From Octopus sinensis (Eukaryota): a stretch of DNA of 64,000 bases. Under the pieces are notes generated by a model. It saw only the letters and a list, made by a program, of their open reading frames with translations, searched no databases and was not told where the DNA came from. The translations under genes were made by a program, and so were the position numbers. Location of the stretch: contig NC_043008.1 in NCBI RefSeq assembly GCF_006345805.1, positions 76,508,001-76,572,000 on the forward strand. The letters are read 5' to 3'. Positions 13,205-26,606 of the stretch are shown here, in pieces. Numbering within the stretch: the first letter of the stretch is position 1; every line of letters begins with the position of its first letter.

Positions 13205-13588
13205 TTCTTTCTACTATAGGCACAAGGCCTGAAATTGGGGGGGGGCAGTCCATTAGATCTTCCCCAGTACGGAACTGGTACTTAATTTATCGACTTGGAA
13301 CGGATGAAAGGCAAAATCGACTTCGGTGGAATTTGAATTCGAGAACGTAAATACAAACGAAATACCTATTTCTTTATTACTCACAAGGAGCTAAACACAG
13401 AGAGGACAAACAAACGGATTAAGTCGATTATATCTACCCCAGTGCGTAACTGGTACTTATTTAATCGAATCCAAAAAGATGAAAGGCAAAGTCGACCTCG
13501 GCGGAATTTGAACTCAGAACGTAGCGGCAGACGAAATACCGCTAATCATTTTGCCCGGCGTGCTAGCGATTCTGCCAGCTTGTTGCCT
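13205..13588 (-). mobile_element. SINE family B, two tandem copies
   Basis: Same dimer layout as 4628-4998, including the junction gaaatacctatttctttattac. Confidence 0.85.
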
Positions 13589-14334
13589 TAATTAAAAGAA
13601 GAAGAAGAAGAAGAAGAAGATATTATTTATTGGCTGCAAGTGCCACGGAAAGATTTAGGACATTACAATGACGAAGGACAGTGGGGTTCTAAAGAAAAAT
13701 ATGTACATGCTATTGACAATAACAATTTTAAAAAGCAGTCTAATAAAGAAATTTTCCAATAGGAGGCCAACAAAGGCATTGAAATTGTACTTCTTGAAAG
13801 GTTAGGCTTGTTTAGGGAGTTCTTGTGGCTATCCTTCATCGAGATCTTAATTCTGGTAAAGTTTATAATGGTTTTTGCTATTATAAACTATACCTATACG
13901 TAAATTATGGCGACCTTTACGATCAGTCTGATACTCAGATATGTGTAATTACTACGTATATAAAGCAATATACCAAACACTGGAAAAGTTGAGCGACAGA
14001 ATGCAGTAATATTACATACGAATATTTCTACGTAAGTGTTTTACATACTATATATATTGTAGCATATCTATATAAACGATACATTCCTCTTAACATATCT
14101 GTATAGTCATAGCGCTGTGATGTTAGACACATAAAGAAATAAGCCAAGTAACGTTTCAAAACAATTCACGAAAAAGAAACATTCTGCTCACTATGTACGT
14201 TTAAATACAAGTGTAGACTTAAAAACAACCAGAAGAGAAACATTACCTAAGCTGTGAATAATTTAATTCTGACAAACCTCGTTGAAACTTTTTAAAAAGT
14301 TCATTGTCTATTTTAACAACAAATACAAATATCA

Positions 14335-15930
14335 GTGAATAGAAAAATCATAATGACCAAACGTACGAGTCTCCTTCGACCAAATCGTGACTACAATCAA
14401 TGTATACAATGGACCTCCTGTCTTAAAGAATTATATGTAGCATATATACAATATGACCCCCAAATGTTCGGTTTTATACAAAGGCTAAAAACTTTGTTGA
14501 ACTATAAATACACAGAATTATATTTTTTCTCCAAAACATGTAAATGAGCAAGAAAACGTATCATTAGGCGTAAATTGATACATTTAATGGAAATGTCTGA
14601 TTCAATGCAGGCTGGCACTATAAAACCAGCCATTGAAGATGATCAATCCTCTTTTCACTGATGAACAGACAGAACAGTTAACTAGATCTAGCAATAAACT
14701 ACACACCAACGATTTAGCTTAAATCTATACCTATACTGTACAAACAGAAAAACACCAGAAGCTTGTGGATACGTTATAAGTGATCTACGATGGTATGTTT
14801 CAACAGGTCCACAACCTTAAGTTGAATGATAGATCATACAACACCAGCATAACTAAAGAAGCCAGTAAATTAGAATTAGAGGCAGTAAACGAAATGGCAA
14901 AAAATGTCTAACGGTCGCACAGTCGAGAAGTATGAAAACAACCTACGAAATCATTAACCTTTTGGTATAAGTTTCAGATATTTCATTACTAGCATATCAT
15001 AAAAAGCTGAAGCCGGGTAATCGTGAATCAAACAGAAAGCCTGAACAAGCATGGCCACGTAATTTTAAAAATATGATTTTATTCCTGCGAAACAGTACCT
15101 CAGAAATCGTTGCAGTTATGAAATATAACACAGAGAAAATTTTCACACGATATCAAGATCTCAGGGAAAAAAATAGAGAGGCAATTTGACTATACTGGAC
15201 TCAAAATCAACTACAAACTGTACCAGCTGAAACAACTCACAGCTACTGCTGGAAATCTAAAATATATACCTAGAGCATATAAACGGCAAAATCTCAATAG
15301 ATTACTTGCCAGAGATCCCAAGTCAGTTATTGCAGCTTCAATCATTGTAAAATAAAGCCCACAAAACATCAGGTTAAGGGCTACTGGAGATCTATATTGA
15401 ACCTGCATGATGAGTTAAACAAACAAACTGTATGACTAAAAGAACTGGAGCACTACTACCTGCATGTGCGGCAAAAACGATATGAAATAGACGGCAAAAT
15501 ACTAGAAGCGGTTCAACAGAAAATGTGAAACAGGAAATTCTCAGGTCCAGACCTCATTACAGGCTACTGTTTGAAGAATTCCCTTATCACCGGCGAGATC
15601 TTATGCTGTTGTGTGCAGAAAATATCAAAGCCAATAGTTATCAAATACAACTACTCTCCACATCCTCAAGAATAGCCAAACCACTCTTTGCAAAAAGTTT
15701 ACCGCCCAATAGCCTGCTAGAACATCATGTACAAATTATACGCTGGATAATTCAATCTGTTCCTGCAGGATCATTGTACCACCACTAACATTATACAGAA
15801 AATTGGAGGGAAGAAAATGTGAGGTGGCATACAGACCCTATTAATTAACAAAATGATCCATGAAAAAACAGTGAACAATTGCAGGGTCTTCACAATCGTG
15901 ATGCTATCAAGAACCCGCATAAAAAGAGTT
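14335..15930 (+). pseudogene. Heavily decayed R4/Dong-like LINE (N-terminal part to early RT)
   Basis: QWTSCLKELYVAYIQYDPQMFGFIQRLKTLLNYKYTEL resembles the R4 N-terminal domain. At ~15805-15865 GGKK...LLINKMIHE matches GCKDQLLINKMILE of the element at 33969. Confidence 0.45.
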
Positions 15931-15934
15931 TAGC

Positions 15935-16816
15935 ACACTAAGACATCCATGCTGATATTGTTGCAGCTTTATCAACAGTACAAAAGTGGACGGCTGAATT
16001 TAGGGGGAGAAGGGAGAGTGTTAAAGATGACCCAAGGTCTGGACATCGTGCAATCGCAACCACCAAGGAAAACATTGATCGTGTTCACCACATGGTGATG
16101 GATTACAGGCGATTGCTTATAAATCAAATAGCCAATGCTATTAACATATCCCATGATAATTTAGAATATTCTACACAATAAATTTGGTATAACGAATGTT
16201 TCTTCTCAGTGGGGACCACGTCTTCTGACACCTGATAAGCGCTCCAGGTTGATAACATCACAGGAACATCTTTCATTGTTTGAGGCAGATCCGCTGGATT
16301 TTCTTGAACGTTTCCAAACCCAGGATGTCTTGGCTTCATCACTTTGAGCCAGAGGCAATGAGACAATTCATGTAGTCGAAACACCCTCCTCATCTGCTCC
16401 AAAGAAGGTCAAGTTTGTTTCATTTACAAGGAAGTTGATGGTCTTAGTTGTTTTGGGATGTAAAAGGCATTGTGTTTATTGACTATCTTCAAAATGGTCA
16501 CACCATCAATGGAGAGACTATGCCAAATTGCTGAAGCAATTACGAAATGTTATCACGACCAAGAAACCAGAAAACTTACGAAAGGGGTCTGGTTTCATCA
16601 GAACGATGTTTCAGCGCACAAGTCCTCAATGACTGCTGTACGTGACTGTAGCTTTGAACGGGTTGAAAGCTACTTCAGTAATGGGACCCAAGTACTGCAA
16701 CACTGATGGAAGGCGTGTGTAGACCCTAAGAAATACTATGTTGAAAATTAAACTTCATTTGGTCACATTTCATGAGATTTTCCTGGTCAGCCTATGAACT
16801 TTTCAGCTGACCCTTG
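15935..16816 (+). mobile_element. Mariner transposon remnant (5'-truncated, decayed transposase)
   Basis: Translates STVQKWTAEF..RESVKDDPRSG...TTKENIDRVHHMV...SQWGPRLLT (WVPRLLT motif) and FHQNDVSAHKS (HQDNAPAH motif). Right-TIR-like end tcagcctatgaacttttcagctgacccttg followed by TA. Confidence 0.85.
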
Positions 16817-16966
16817 TAAATCGACTGAAATTCCATTACAATGAAGATACCGAGTTATAAAATTAGTATTTTATCGCCTGGTAATTTCATTGTGATGTAA
16901 ATTCAGAGCCTGAAATTCATCCTCATGACGAATACTTTGGCGTGGAATTCACGATTGTGTTTTTTA

Positions 16967-18129
16967 CTAGCAGTATAACCCGGCCTTGCCCGGGATTAAG
17001 TTACGATTATTAAGCTAATCAAATTCTTTATTTCAAACCAAACTAAGTAATATAGACATCAAATTTGGGCGAAATCCGTTGAAATTAGTTATATTATATA
17101 TACATTATATATATATTATATATATTTTATATATATAATATAATATAAATATACATGGGCAACATACATGAACACACATACACACACATACGTACGTACA
17201 CGTATTGCATGTTTTGTGCACGCATACATGTTCATAAACAGAAATGAATGGAAAAATGTTGTTAAATTTGTAGATTAACACTCGCACAATTTTTACTAAG
17301 AAAAGAAATCGGTTTTTTTTGCGTGGAATCAACTACTCTAGCCTTAAAACCCTTTTTGTGGTCCGTGAAACGGAGTGGGGTGTGGTGGAAGCCTCGCAAA
17401 TTGTACCCATTTATATTGTGTAATTCACTGACAAATTGTTACTCACCTCTTTGTTTCTTTGTTGTTAAATAAATGGATTGTCAACAAAACACTCTTTTAC
17501 TCGGCGTAAAATAAAAACAAAACTCTTTCTCACCCAAAGTAATGTGTGTGAGAGAGAGGGGGGAGAAAGATGAACGATTTAAAATAAATAAATGATTTAA
17601 AATAAATATATTGTAATTGTTGTGTGAGAAAGTATATATACTATGATTATAAAATAACATTTTACATTTCATTTTTTATGAACGTAGTCACTTACTCTCT
17701 CTCTCTCTCCCTCCATCCCTCACTTTGTCTTTCCCGTGAAACTCTCTGCTTCCTTCCATTTTTCTTTTATTTTATTTTATTTTTGTTAGACACCGTCAAA
17801 AAAGTAATGGCTCTCTCTCTCCTTCTCGCACTTTGTCTTTCCTGTGAAACTCTCTGCCTCCTTCTTCCACTTTTCTTTATCCTTTTTTTGTTCGATGCTA
17901 TCAAAAAAGCAATGACTGATATTTTTTGTGGCTAAAAGCTATGTTTGAAAATAGATATTTACGGTATCCACGGGTGCCTCGGAGAAAAAATACGTTGACA
18001 AAACCCAGGTAGGGTATTGACAAATGTCCTCCTAAAATTGGAGCGACATGCGTGCTAATTTGTGGACGTGCATAAATTACTATCACGTACACACACACAC
18101 ACACACACACACACCCTCCCTTTTATAGA
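16967..18129 (-). mobile_element. Non-autonomous Helitron-like element (~1.16 kb)
   Basis: Minus strand starts A|TCTATAAAAG and ends CCCGGGCAAGGCCGGG hairpin...CTAG|T, i.e. TC...CTAG inserted between A and T with no TSD. Internal ~110-bp tandem duplication at ~17695-17910. Confidence 0.7.
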
Positions 18130-19521
18130 TGTGATTAACAGAATATAATCAGCGTTAAATATTGTTTCATATGAGCTGATTATTTGAAAAATGAATTTTT
18201 AAACTCACAATTGAAGACTAAAAAAATTATTCATATGAAATATACTCAAGAACCCACATGAAACTCACTTTAACATAGAATCGCAAGAAAATATTTTAGA
18301 ATGGTAATATTCTTTTAATTTGGTGGAAAAAAGAAATATTCTAAAAAGACAAATCATGAGGAATGTTTCTTTTATAATTCTAGTATATCGTGATTTCGAT
18401 ATAAAATGTCTATGCGCTTAATTCTCAATGTACAACCTTTACATTTTCTGTTTGCAATATCTACGTCATCGATACACTGCTTGATTGCTATTTCGTTTAT
18501 GGAATATTCCTTTTGTAAAACGGTTATTTCTGTCAATTCCTAAAAGGGTTCTGTCAATTTCTTTCCCACTGTTAATGAAATAGAATGTATTTAATGTACG
18601 TCAAAAAATTACTTTTAGTAATGTTTACTGATGCATTTTTCTTTTCCCTTTCTTTGTTTGTATTTTTTGTGCTTTTGTTTTTGATTTGCTGTTGCTGATG
18701 TTGCTTTTTGGGGGTGGGGTGTTATTGCTTGCTTATGGCAGCCCATCAAAGGTGATGGCAGCCATGATCCAGGATATTCATCATCTTTCAGCACATTGTT
18801 TGTCATAGAGCGGACGTGGTTGACAAGAACGATACTAGATAGACAGTTCCTGTGGCACTGAAGACACTGAAAGTGACCTCGAAGCTATAGATAAAAAAAG
18901 AATTACGATGAATCTACCGACAATGGTTTCTCCTGTGATGTAATTACATTTATTTCACAGCAAACATGCGCACAATACATACACCAATGCGTGGTCCTCA
19001 TCATTTATATCTGCTTCATATAATCCTCTCATATTTTATTCTCCTCGCAGAAAAATTTCTGCGGAAGAATGTAAATACTGGACTTTTCATTTTACTTACA
19101 CCCTTTATTTTATGTATTCCAACATATACTATATTCACATCATTTTTATTTATAGCCTTTCTTTTACGTTTATCTACGTATAAAACACTCTTCTCATAAT
19201 AGTGAGTACGTCCTTATTATTTATTTGAACTCTTTATACTTAATTATGTTGTTTTGTATGTATATGTTTTGTAGTTTGCATACCTGTTCATACATATGTG
19301 AATTAGCACGCACTCGTTGTGCGTATGTAGTTCTTTCAATGCATGTTTATGTGTCTTTCTACTTATAGACAAATACATTAGTATAAATGTGTGTAAGTAC
19401 TAGCAGACATCGTACAGATATACCTTTGTAAGAGCAGTAGGCAGCATTCATACGTGTACTCGTACTTAGATGAATCCGTGCACGTATTTTTGTATTTCAG
19501 TCTGCATTTACACATTCATAC

Positions 19522-19552
<31 letters not shown>

Positions 19553-20003
19553 TGTATGTATGTATGTATGTATGTATGTATGTTTGTATGTATGTATGTA
19601 TGTATGTAACCAGTGCAGAGTGTATTTCGCGGAGTCACTTTCGCACACAAATGTTAGTTTATGTATGTAAATGTGTATGAATGATGCAATATAAGAATAT
19701 ATTTTGGCAGATCTTAACAGTATATTCAGTGTAGATATTTGCACACATTTATTGGTCTATATGCAAACAAGCGCATGATCACACGCACACACACGCAGGC
19801 ACACACACACACATGTGCAAGCATACACACACACACACTACATATCTATATACTATACATATTTAGTTATATACAAATGTGTGTATATGCATTTCTACTT
19901 TACTGCTTGCATGCGAGTCTACGTGTGAGTATTTTGCCTTTTCATATGTATGCTTGTACATAGGTATATATGCGCGTGCAAAAGTATTTATAAGGAGGCT
20001 GTG

Positions 20004-20043
<40 letters not shown>

Positions 20044-20444
20044 ATTTCTAAAAGCATGACTCTAGAAGACAAGGCAAATCGAGAACAATATGTCACTCTC
20101 GATTTATCTAAATACTAACCTTTGTATTAACATCACTGAGCAGAGATTTTTCTTGCTAATATTGAAATATTTTGGACTTGACAATGTTATTAACCTCACT
20201 TCTCGTTACACAGCCTTCGGTGAACATATGTTTCAATCATACATATGAATATTGCTACATATCTATGTGCATGCAGATGTGTGTATATGTGTAGATATGT
20301 ATGTCCATATGCACACGTGTATGTGTATATATATATGTATATGTTTTCATATATGTGTTACATATATATATATATATTATATATATATATATATGTCTGT
20401 GTGCATATACATACATACACACACACATGTATATAGTTTAAATT

Positions 20445-20600
20445 TACAGAAAACAAAATACGAAGACAGATGTAGGAGCAAGCAGGTGTTATAGTTTAAT
20501 GTTCGGGAAGAATGAAAATTTCTTTTACGTTTGGAGCCTACAATTTTCGACAGAAAGGATTCAGAGTTAAAGAAAGAAAAAACAGAGAGAGAATGAAACA
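20445..20600 (-). mobile_element. Penelope-like pseudo-LTR copy
   Basis: Similar to 11300-11445 and loosely to the reverse complement of 23700-23850. Confidence 0.5.
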
Positions 20601-20663
20601 TATCGAAGAAGAAACGATTCACATGACGAGATGACCAGAAAAAAAGAGGGAGAATGAAAGGGA

Positions 20664-20748
<85 letters not shown>

Positions 20749-21469
20749 CAATAATAATAATTATTATTATTATAATAATAATAATAATAGCAATAACGGT
20801 GACTCCAGCGAAATAAGGTGCGCAAGCACGTGTGTGTATGTGAGAATGGGGGTGTGTAAGTATGAATGTGTGAATGAGGGCGAGTGTGTGAGTATATATG
20901 TGTGGGTGAGCTGAAAATTATGTGGACCTATGTGTGTGTATGTGTATAAGTAAACCAGTATGTATATTATGTGGAGTGATATGCATTCCATGTACTGGTA
21001 GGTATGTGTGTGCGTATGGATATGTGTATGTGTGGGTTATCATGTGTGTGTGCAAATGCCTGGGCCTGTGTGAGTGCGTATCTGTACAAGTAACCTAGTG
21101 TATGGGTTGTGTGGAGTGATGTGCGTTTTGTGTAATTGTGTGTGTATTGACATGTGTGTGTGTGAGGTTAACCTATGTATGTGTGTTGTGTGTAGCAGTT
21201 GATGTGTGCTTGTGCAGGTGGTGTGTACACATGTGTGTGTGTGTGTGTCCAAATAGTATGCATGTGTATAGTGCATGTATGTGGGCGAAAGTTATCTGTG
21301 TCTATGCGTGTTGCGTGTGTTTTTGCGTTTTGCCTGTGTGTGTATGATTTGTCTGTGTCCAGATATTATGTGCTTGTATGGGTGTGGGTGTGGGTGTGTG
21401 TGTAATGATGTGTGAAGTGAGTAATGAATTGAACAGTGTGTTTGTATAGTAGTGTGTTATCCTGTTCTC

Positions 21470-23855
21470 CCGCGTTATCAAATCCCTTTATACTGACATT
21501 CCTCATAATGAAGGCTTTCTTGCCTTCAAACATTTTCTAGAACAACGTACCCAATTTCGCGTAGCTCTCCTAACTCTCCAGTTGGTCGAACTCGCTTTTC
21601 GTTAGAGCATGAATCCTTGTGCGTTGCAATGAGAACCCGAATGGACCCTAACTCCATGAACCTGTCCGTCGGCTATGTTGAAGCGCAAATATTTTCACAG
21701 TTCACCGTCCTAGTCCTCATTATATGGTCGATATATCGACAAATTCATCGACGCCACCTCACCCTTCTGCGAACCGCTAAACTTCTTCCTTTCTTTACTA
21801 CACTCCATTGCCACCACCGACAATTCTTTTGTTCTGTTCTCGACACCTCGATCGCTCCTTCCAAGTCCAAGTTAATGGTTCGCGGTCCGACGTCTCCAGT
21901 GCGAGCAGTGGCGTGCCTCAAGGTTCAGTGCTTGGGCCCTTGTTGTTCTTAGTCTTCATAAATGACTTGCCCGACGACGTCACGCAACACACCCTTCTAT
22001 TTGCCGACGATATCAAACTGGTCGCTCCTCGCGGTAATATAGAGGATCTTCGTCGATGCCTCCACCAAATTTGGAAGTGGTCTAACGATTGGGACCTGTG
22101 TCTGAACGTGTCAAAGTGCTGTCATCTGCCTGTCGGCTCTACTCCTGCAACTCAACTTGATTTCGAGCCGGGTCGTCTGCTGCTGGAGAGGACCGATCAG
22201 GTAAAGGACCTGGGTATCTTGGTGGATTCCTCCTTTTCGCCTTCGGCTCAGTGCGTCCATGCTGCCAACAAAGCACGCGGAATTCTGTTCTTGATTCGAC
22301 GGTCATTCGGAATGCTCACAGCAGCCATATTCCTACCACTCTATGTCACGCTGGTGAGACCCATATTGGAGTATGGGATTCAAGCCTCTTCTCCTTATCT
22401 CCTCAAAGACATACAGCATCTCGAAAGAGTCCAGAGGCTGGCTACCCGCATGGTTCATGGTCTCAAAAATTTGTCCTACGAAGAAAGGCTGAGGACGCTC
22501 GACCTTTATTCTCTTGAAAAACGCCGCCGCCGTGGTGATCTCATTCTCGCCCACAACATTATAAGCGGAAAGTGTAACCTCTCGAAAGAGCTGTTCTTCA
22601 CTCCTGCTCCAGAGCGTCGGCTGCGGGGTCATTCCGAAAAGCTCTACCTGCGACGATTTCATCTCAATCGAAGGAGAGGAGCTTTCTCCGTCCAGGTTGC
22701 GGATCCGTGGAACAAGCTGCCAGACGAGATGGTGAAGATGCCGACGACCGCTTTGTTCAAAGCCTCCCTGGACCTCAAGTGGCCTGAACTCTTTACATGA
22801 ACACTACCCTGTACTTAACTCCATGTCCCCCTACATGGCCTTGCTATTTACTTTTGAGCCAAATTAACTAACTAACTAACTAACTAACTAACCTCCATTA
22901 ACTTTCTCAAGATGGCTGATTCTATTACCCACTCCTCCCTTACTACTTCTGTATTCCACAAGCCTACAGATTCCCATACCTGCCTCACATTCACCCCTTA
23001 CAACATCACCCGCACCGACTTTCTATCCCCTACACTCTCTTCTATCTCCGTAGACTCTGTAGTGATGATCATGACTTCGAGACACAGTCCGAACTCAAGA
23101 CCTGCCATTTCACCACCTCGGATACCTCACCTCTGTAATACAAGCCGCCCTCTTCCACGCTCGGTTAGTTAACCGCGCATCAGTCCTGTCTCACTGTGGC
23201 TGTGCTACCTTTATCTGTCTCCACAACCCCACACCGTCCCTCCTTCACCACAAGCCCTCCACCGTAGCATATTACGCACTTTCCTCACACTTCATTCCGA
23301 CCCTACCACCTCTCACATTTTCATCAATACACTCTTCCTTCAAATGCATCAGGAACCTACGTGGTTTACTGGAATGTACCTTCATTCCCACTTCCGGCAA
23401 CTCGACCTGGCTCTTTCCCTTCATTTCCCACACACTGTCACACTTGTCATTTCCTCCCCAACCATCCTCAATGTTACACACTACCGCTCCTTCTATGTCA
23501 CCGATCCATCACATACACCTCTAACAATCTCATCTACTGCCTCTCCTCTTACATAAGACAAGCGAGTCAACTCTGGCTGACCGTTTGGTGAACTCCAGTT
23601 TCTAGCCATTTCTGCTCGGCTGGATATTCCCTTTCAACATTTGTTTGGGCTCGAACTTGATCAGAGGCCCTTAGCCTGCTGACTGGGTAAATTAGATTTC
23701 TTCTCTCTCAATATCTACCCCGTTTTTCACAAGAATAGCGTATACTTGAAACGATAAAGACATTTTCTTCTTTCTTATTTACTGAGCGTAAACTAGATAC
23801 TAGCTTTGTCTTTTATCACCTCACTTTGCGTTGTATCTTTCGTAATCTTTGCACA
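21470..23855 (+). pseudogene. Decayed Penelope-like element (RT + GIY-YIG + pLTR), interrupted by a CR1-like insertion
   Basis: IKSLYTDIPHNEGFLAFKHFL (~21478), VAMRTRMDPN..NLSVGYVEAQIF, LYGRYID; after the insertion LTTSVFHKPTDSH, then CHTC and SNNLIYCL..YI..LADR (GIY-YIG region). Confidence 0.8.
21845..22892 (+). mobile_element. 5'-truncated CR1-like LINE (RT C-terminal half, uninterrupted frame to 22800, short 3'UTR, (TAAC)n tail)
   Basis: SGVPQGSVLGPLLF, LFADD, KDLG, LVRPILEY, RRRRGDLI, LRGHSEKL, WNKLP; tail (taac)n at 22865-22892; GC content far above the flanks. Confidence 0.9.
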
Positions 23856-24150
23856 GAACATGTGTGAGTCCGTCTGCGTGCGCGCATGCGTGTATGTAAG
23901 TATGTATATTAATGCTACTCTCATCAGAGTCATATTGTTCTGGTTCTAACCAAGCTTGTCCTGTATATCACTATGTCAAAAAACAATATAACTAGGAACA
24001 CAACAACAAATTTGCAGTATAGAATAGTGATAAACTACAACTTCAGTCCCCTAGAATACCCAGTGGTGTTTACTAACCTAAACAATATTGTTAGCCTGGT
24101 GTACTACGAGAGAGCTTATAAAGTATTTTGCCTGGATTGATAATCCCTTA

Positions 24151-24249
<99 letters not shown>

Positions 24250-24842
24250 CACATATATATATATATACACTCACACACACACACTCACATACGTATGATT
24301 TGATTTTGATTTTGATTTTTCCAGTTTCAGCTTATGAGCTGTGGCCATGCTGGGGCACCGCCATTATATATATATATATATAACAACATAAACAGCAATG
24401 GAAAATATCACTACTTTCTTTGAGAATTACATTATACGAGTCCAACGATCGTTCTTATTGCGTAGGTATTTTCAATAAAAGGTTCAAAGTACAAATTAAG
24501 CCATATTGGATCTTCGTAAAATTCAATATATCTAAACTTTATACGAACGCAATATTATCAAAGCAAACCATAACTGCTAGAATCCAAAGAGAACTGATAG
24601 ACTGGCTATAATACATGTTTGTCAATCATCTTACCATCGTCACGGAGTTCTTTTGCCTGGTCTTCTCTGATCTCTGGTGTCACTCGGTAGATGTACAGTC
24701 TACCTGTTGTCTGTGAATCTTTTGACAAGTCTGGCTAAGCAGAACTTGTACATCGAGTATTCTGCGATCACCTCGTTCACTCCGCTCTGTTTGCAGTTCA
24801 CCGTTGATGTTCAAGCCATCTGTACATTCAATACCACACACA

Positions 24843-24884
<42 letters not shown>

Positions 24885-25067
24885 CACATCCACACACAAT
24901 GATCGTGAGGAAGGCAGGTCTAAAATCTTTGGACATGCTAAGCTCCGAGGTGTAAGAGGTGTGATCTCTGGATGCACAACTAATATCACTTCCCTTTCGC
25001 AACCAGTAACAGTCCTAGTTGGGAAAGTCATCAAACAAAGATATATCTTCTGAATGTACGTCTAGAA

Positions 25068-25813
25068 ATGTTCTTTATGCATTCCAAAACCGATTTTGAC
25101 ATATGGGGTATCAAAAGATTCAGTAGGCTACCGACTAAACTATATTTTCATTCGCATATTTTCATTACAAAAATTTGACATTTTTCATTTAGTCACTTAT
25201 CGTAAACGACAGTTTATATCACCACCACAACGACGATGACGTCACATTTTCTATATGAGTGTGTTCGCGCGTTTGTTACCTATGTTAGGCCGATGACTGA
25301 CAAGTATATGTGTGTGACGGTGTATGTGTCTGTCAGTATACATAAATTTTTGTAACGACTGACACAAACAGGTTTCAGGTGTACGTCAATGTATGTGAAT
25401 CACGCCGGTATTGAAAGTTTGGTTGCGGCCGGGGTTTAAACAAACAACAACATACGCTGTGAAGTACTACCAACATGAAGATTTGACTGATTTAACACCA
25501 CTCACAATACTCACAAATATATCTGAAAAAACATGTTATTCTGGTTTTATAGCAAATTCGGAACTTTGGCGAAGTAGGAAGCCTCAGCGATTCTTTCAGT
25601 CAGTATAATTACAGAAATGTTATTCCACTCCTTCTAACTAGTTTCAAGATAATTTTTAACAGACCTTCTAAGTTTCTTCATCATAGTGAGTATCAATGTC
25701 GCACAAACTTTTTACTACGTCGAGTTAAAAATATGTAGTGGGTAGCCAAAAACCTACAGAATCTTTTGATACCCCATATGACAAAATCGGTTTTGGAATG
25801 CATAAGGAACATA
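25068..25813. mobile_element. MITE/foldback-like element with ~60 bp inverted repeats
   Basis: atgttctttatgcattccaaaaccgattttgacatatggggtatcaaaagattcagtagg versus cctacagaatcttttgataccccatatgacaaaatcggttttggaatgcataaggaacat. Confidence 0.7.
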
Positions 25814-26190
25814 CGCACACACAGACACATATACGAACTATCTTTTATATATATATTTATATATATCTTGAACTCTATATCAAAATTGTAAAATAAATTA
25901 TTTTTGTATGAAAAATTGAATTATGCCTTCTGAATTTTCTTGGACTTTCACTTTTTTCCTCGTGATATTCAGGCGTGAATTTTATAGCATTTAGTACATG
26001 TTCCAAATAAATGTTGACTTTCTGTACTTTGTTACGTTGGTGATGCATACTAAATTTTGATAAACTGGTGACTTTCCATTATGTTATAGCATATCTATGC
26101 TACAGAAAGTATGTGTAAATTTTCGTATTCAATATTATCAATTCTATGAGTGTGTGGGGATGGGGTGTTTCTACGTGTGTGTGTGTGTGT

Positions 26191-26570
26191 TGGGGCGTGG
26201 TAAGAAGCTTGCTTCCCAACCATATGGTTCCGGGTTCAGTCCCTCTGCGTGACACCTTGAGCAAGTGTGTTCTACTATAACCTCGGTTCGACCAAAGCCT
26301 TGTGGGTGGATTTGGAAGACGGAAAATGAAAGAAGCCCGTCGTATATATGTATATATATGTATGTATGTTTGTGTATATGTTTGTGTGTCTGTGTTTGTC
26401 CTCCACTATTGCTGGGCAACTGATGCTGGTGTGTTTACGTGCTCCTAATTTAGCGGCTCGACCGACAAAGAAGATTAGGTTCATAAAGAGTAAGTCCTGG
26501 GGTCGACTTATTCGACTAAAGGCGATGCTCCAGCATGGCCGCAGTCAAATGACTGAAACAAGTAAAAGAG
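26191..26570 (+). mobile_element. SINE family A
   Basis: Head with B box ggttcagtcc, core ccttgagcaagtgt, internal (TG/TA) tract, tail ccagcatggccgcagtcaaatgactgaaacaagtaaaag. Confidence 0.9.
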
Positions 26571-26606
<36 letters not shown>

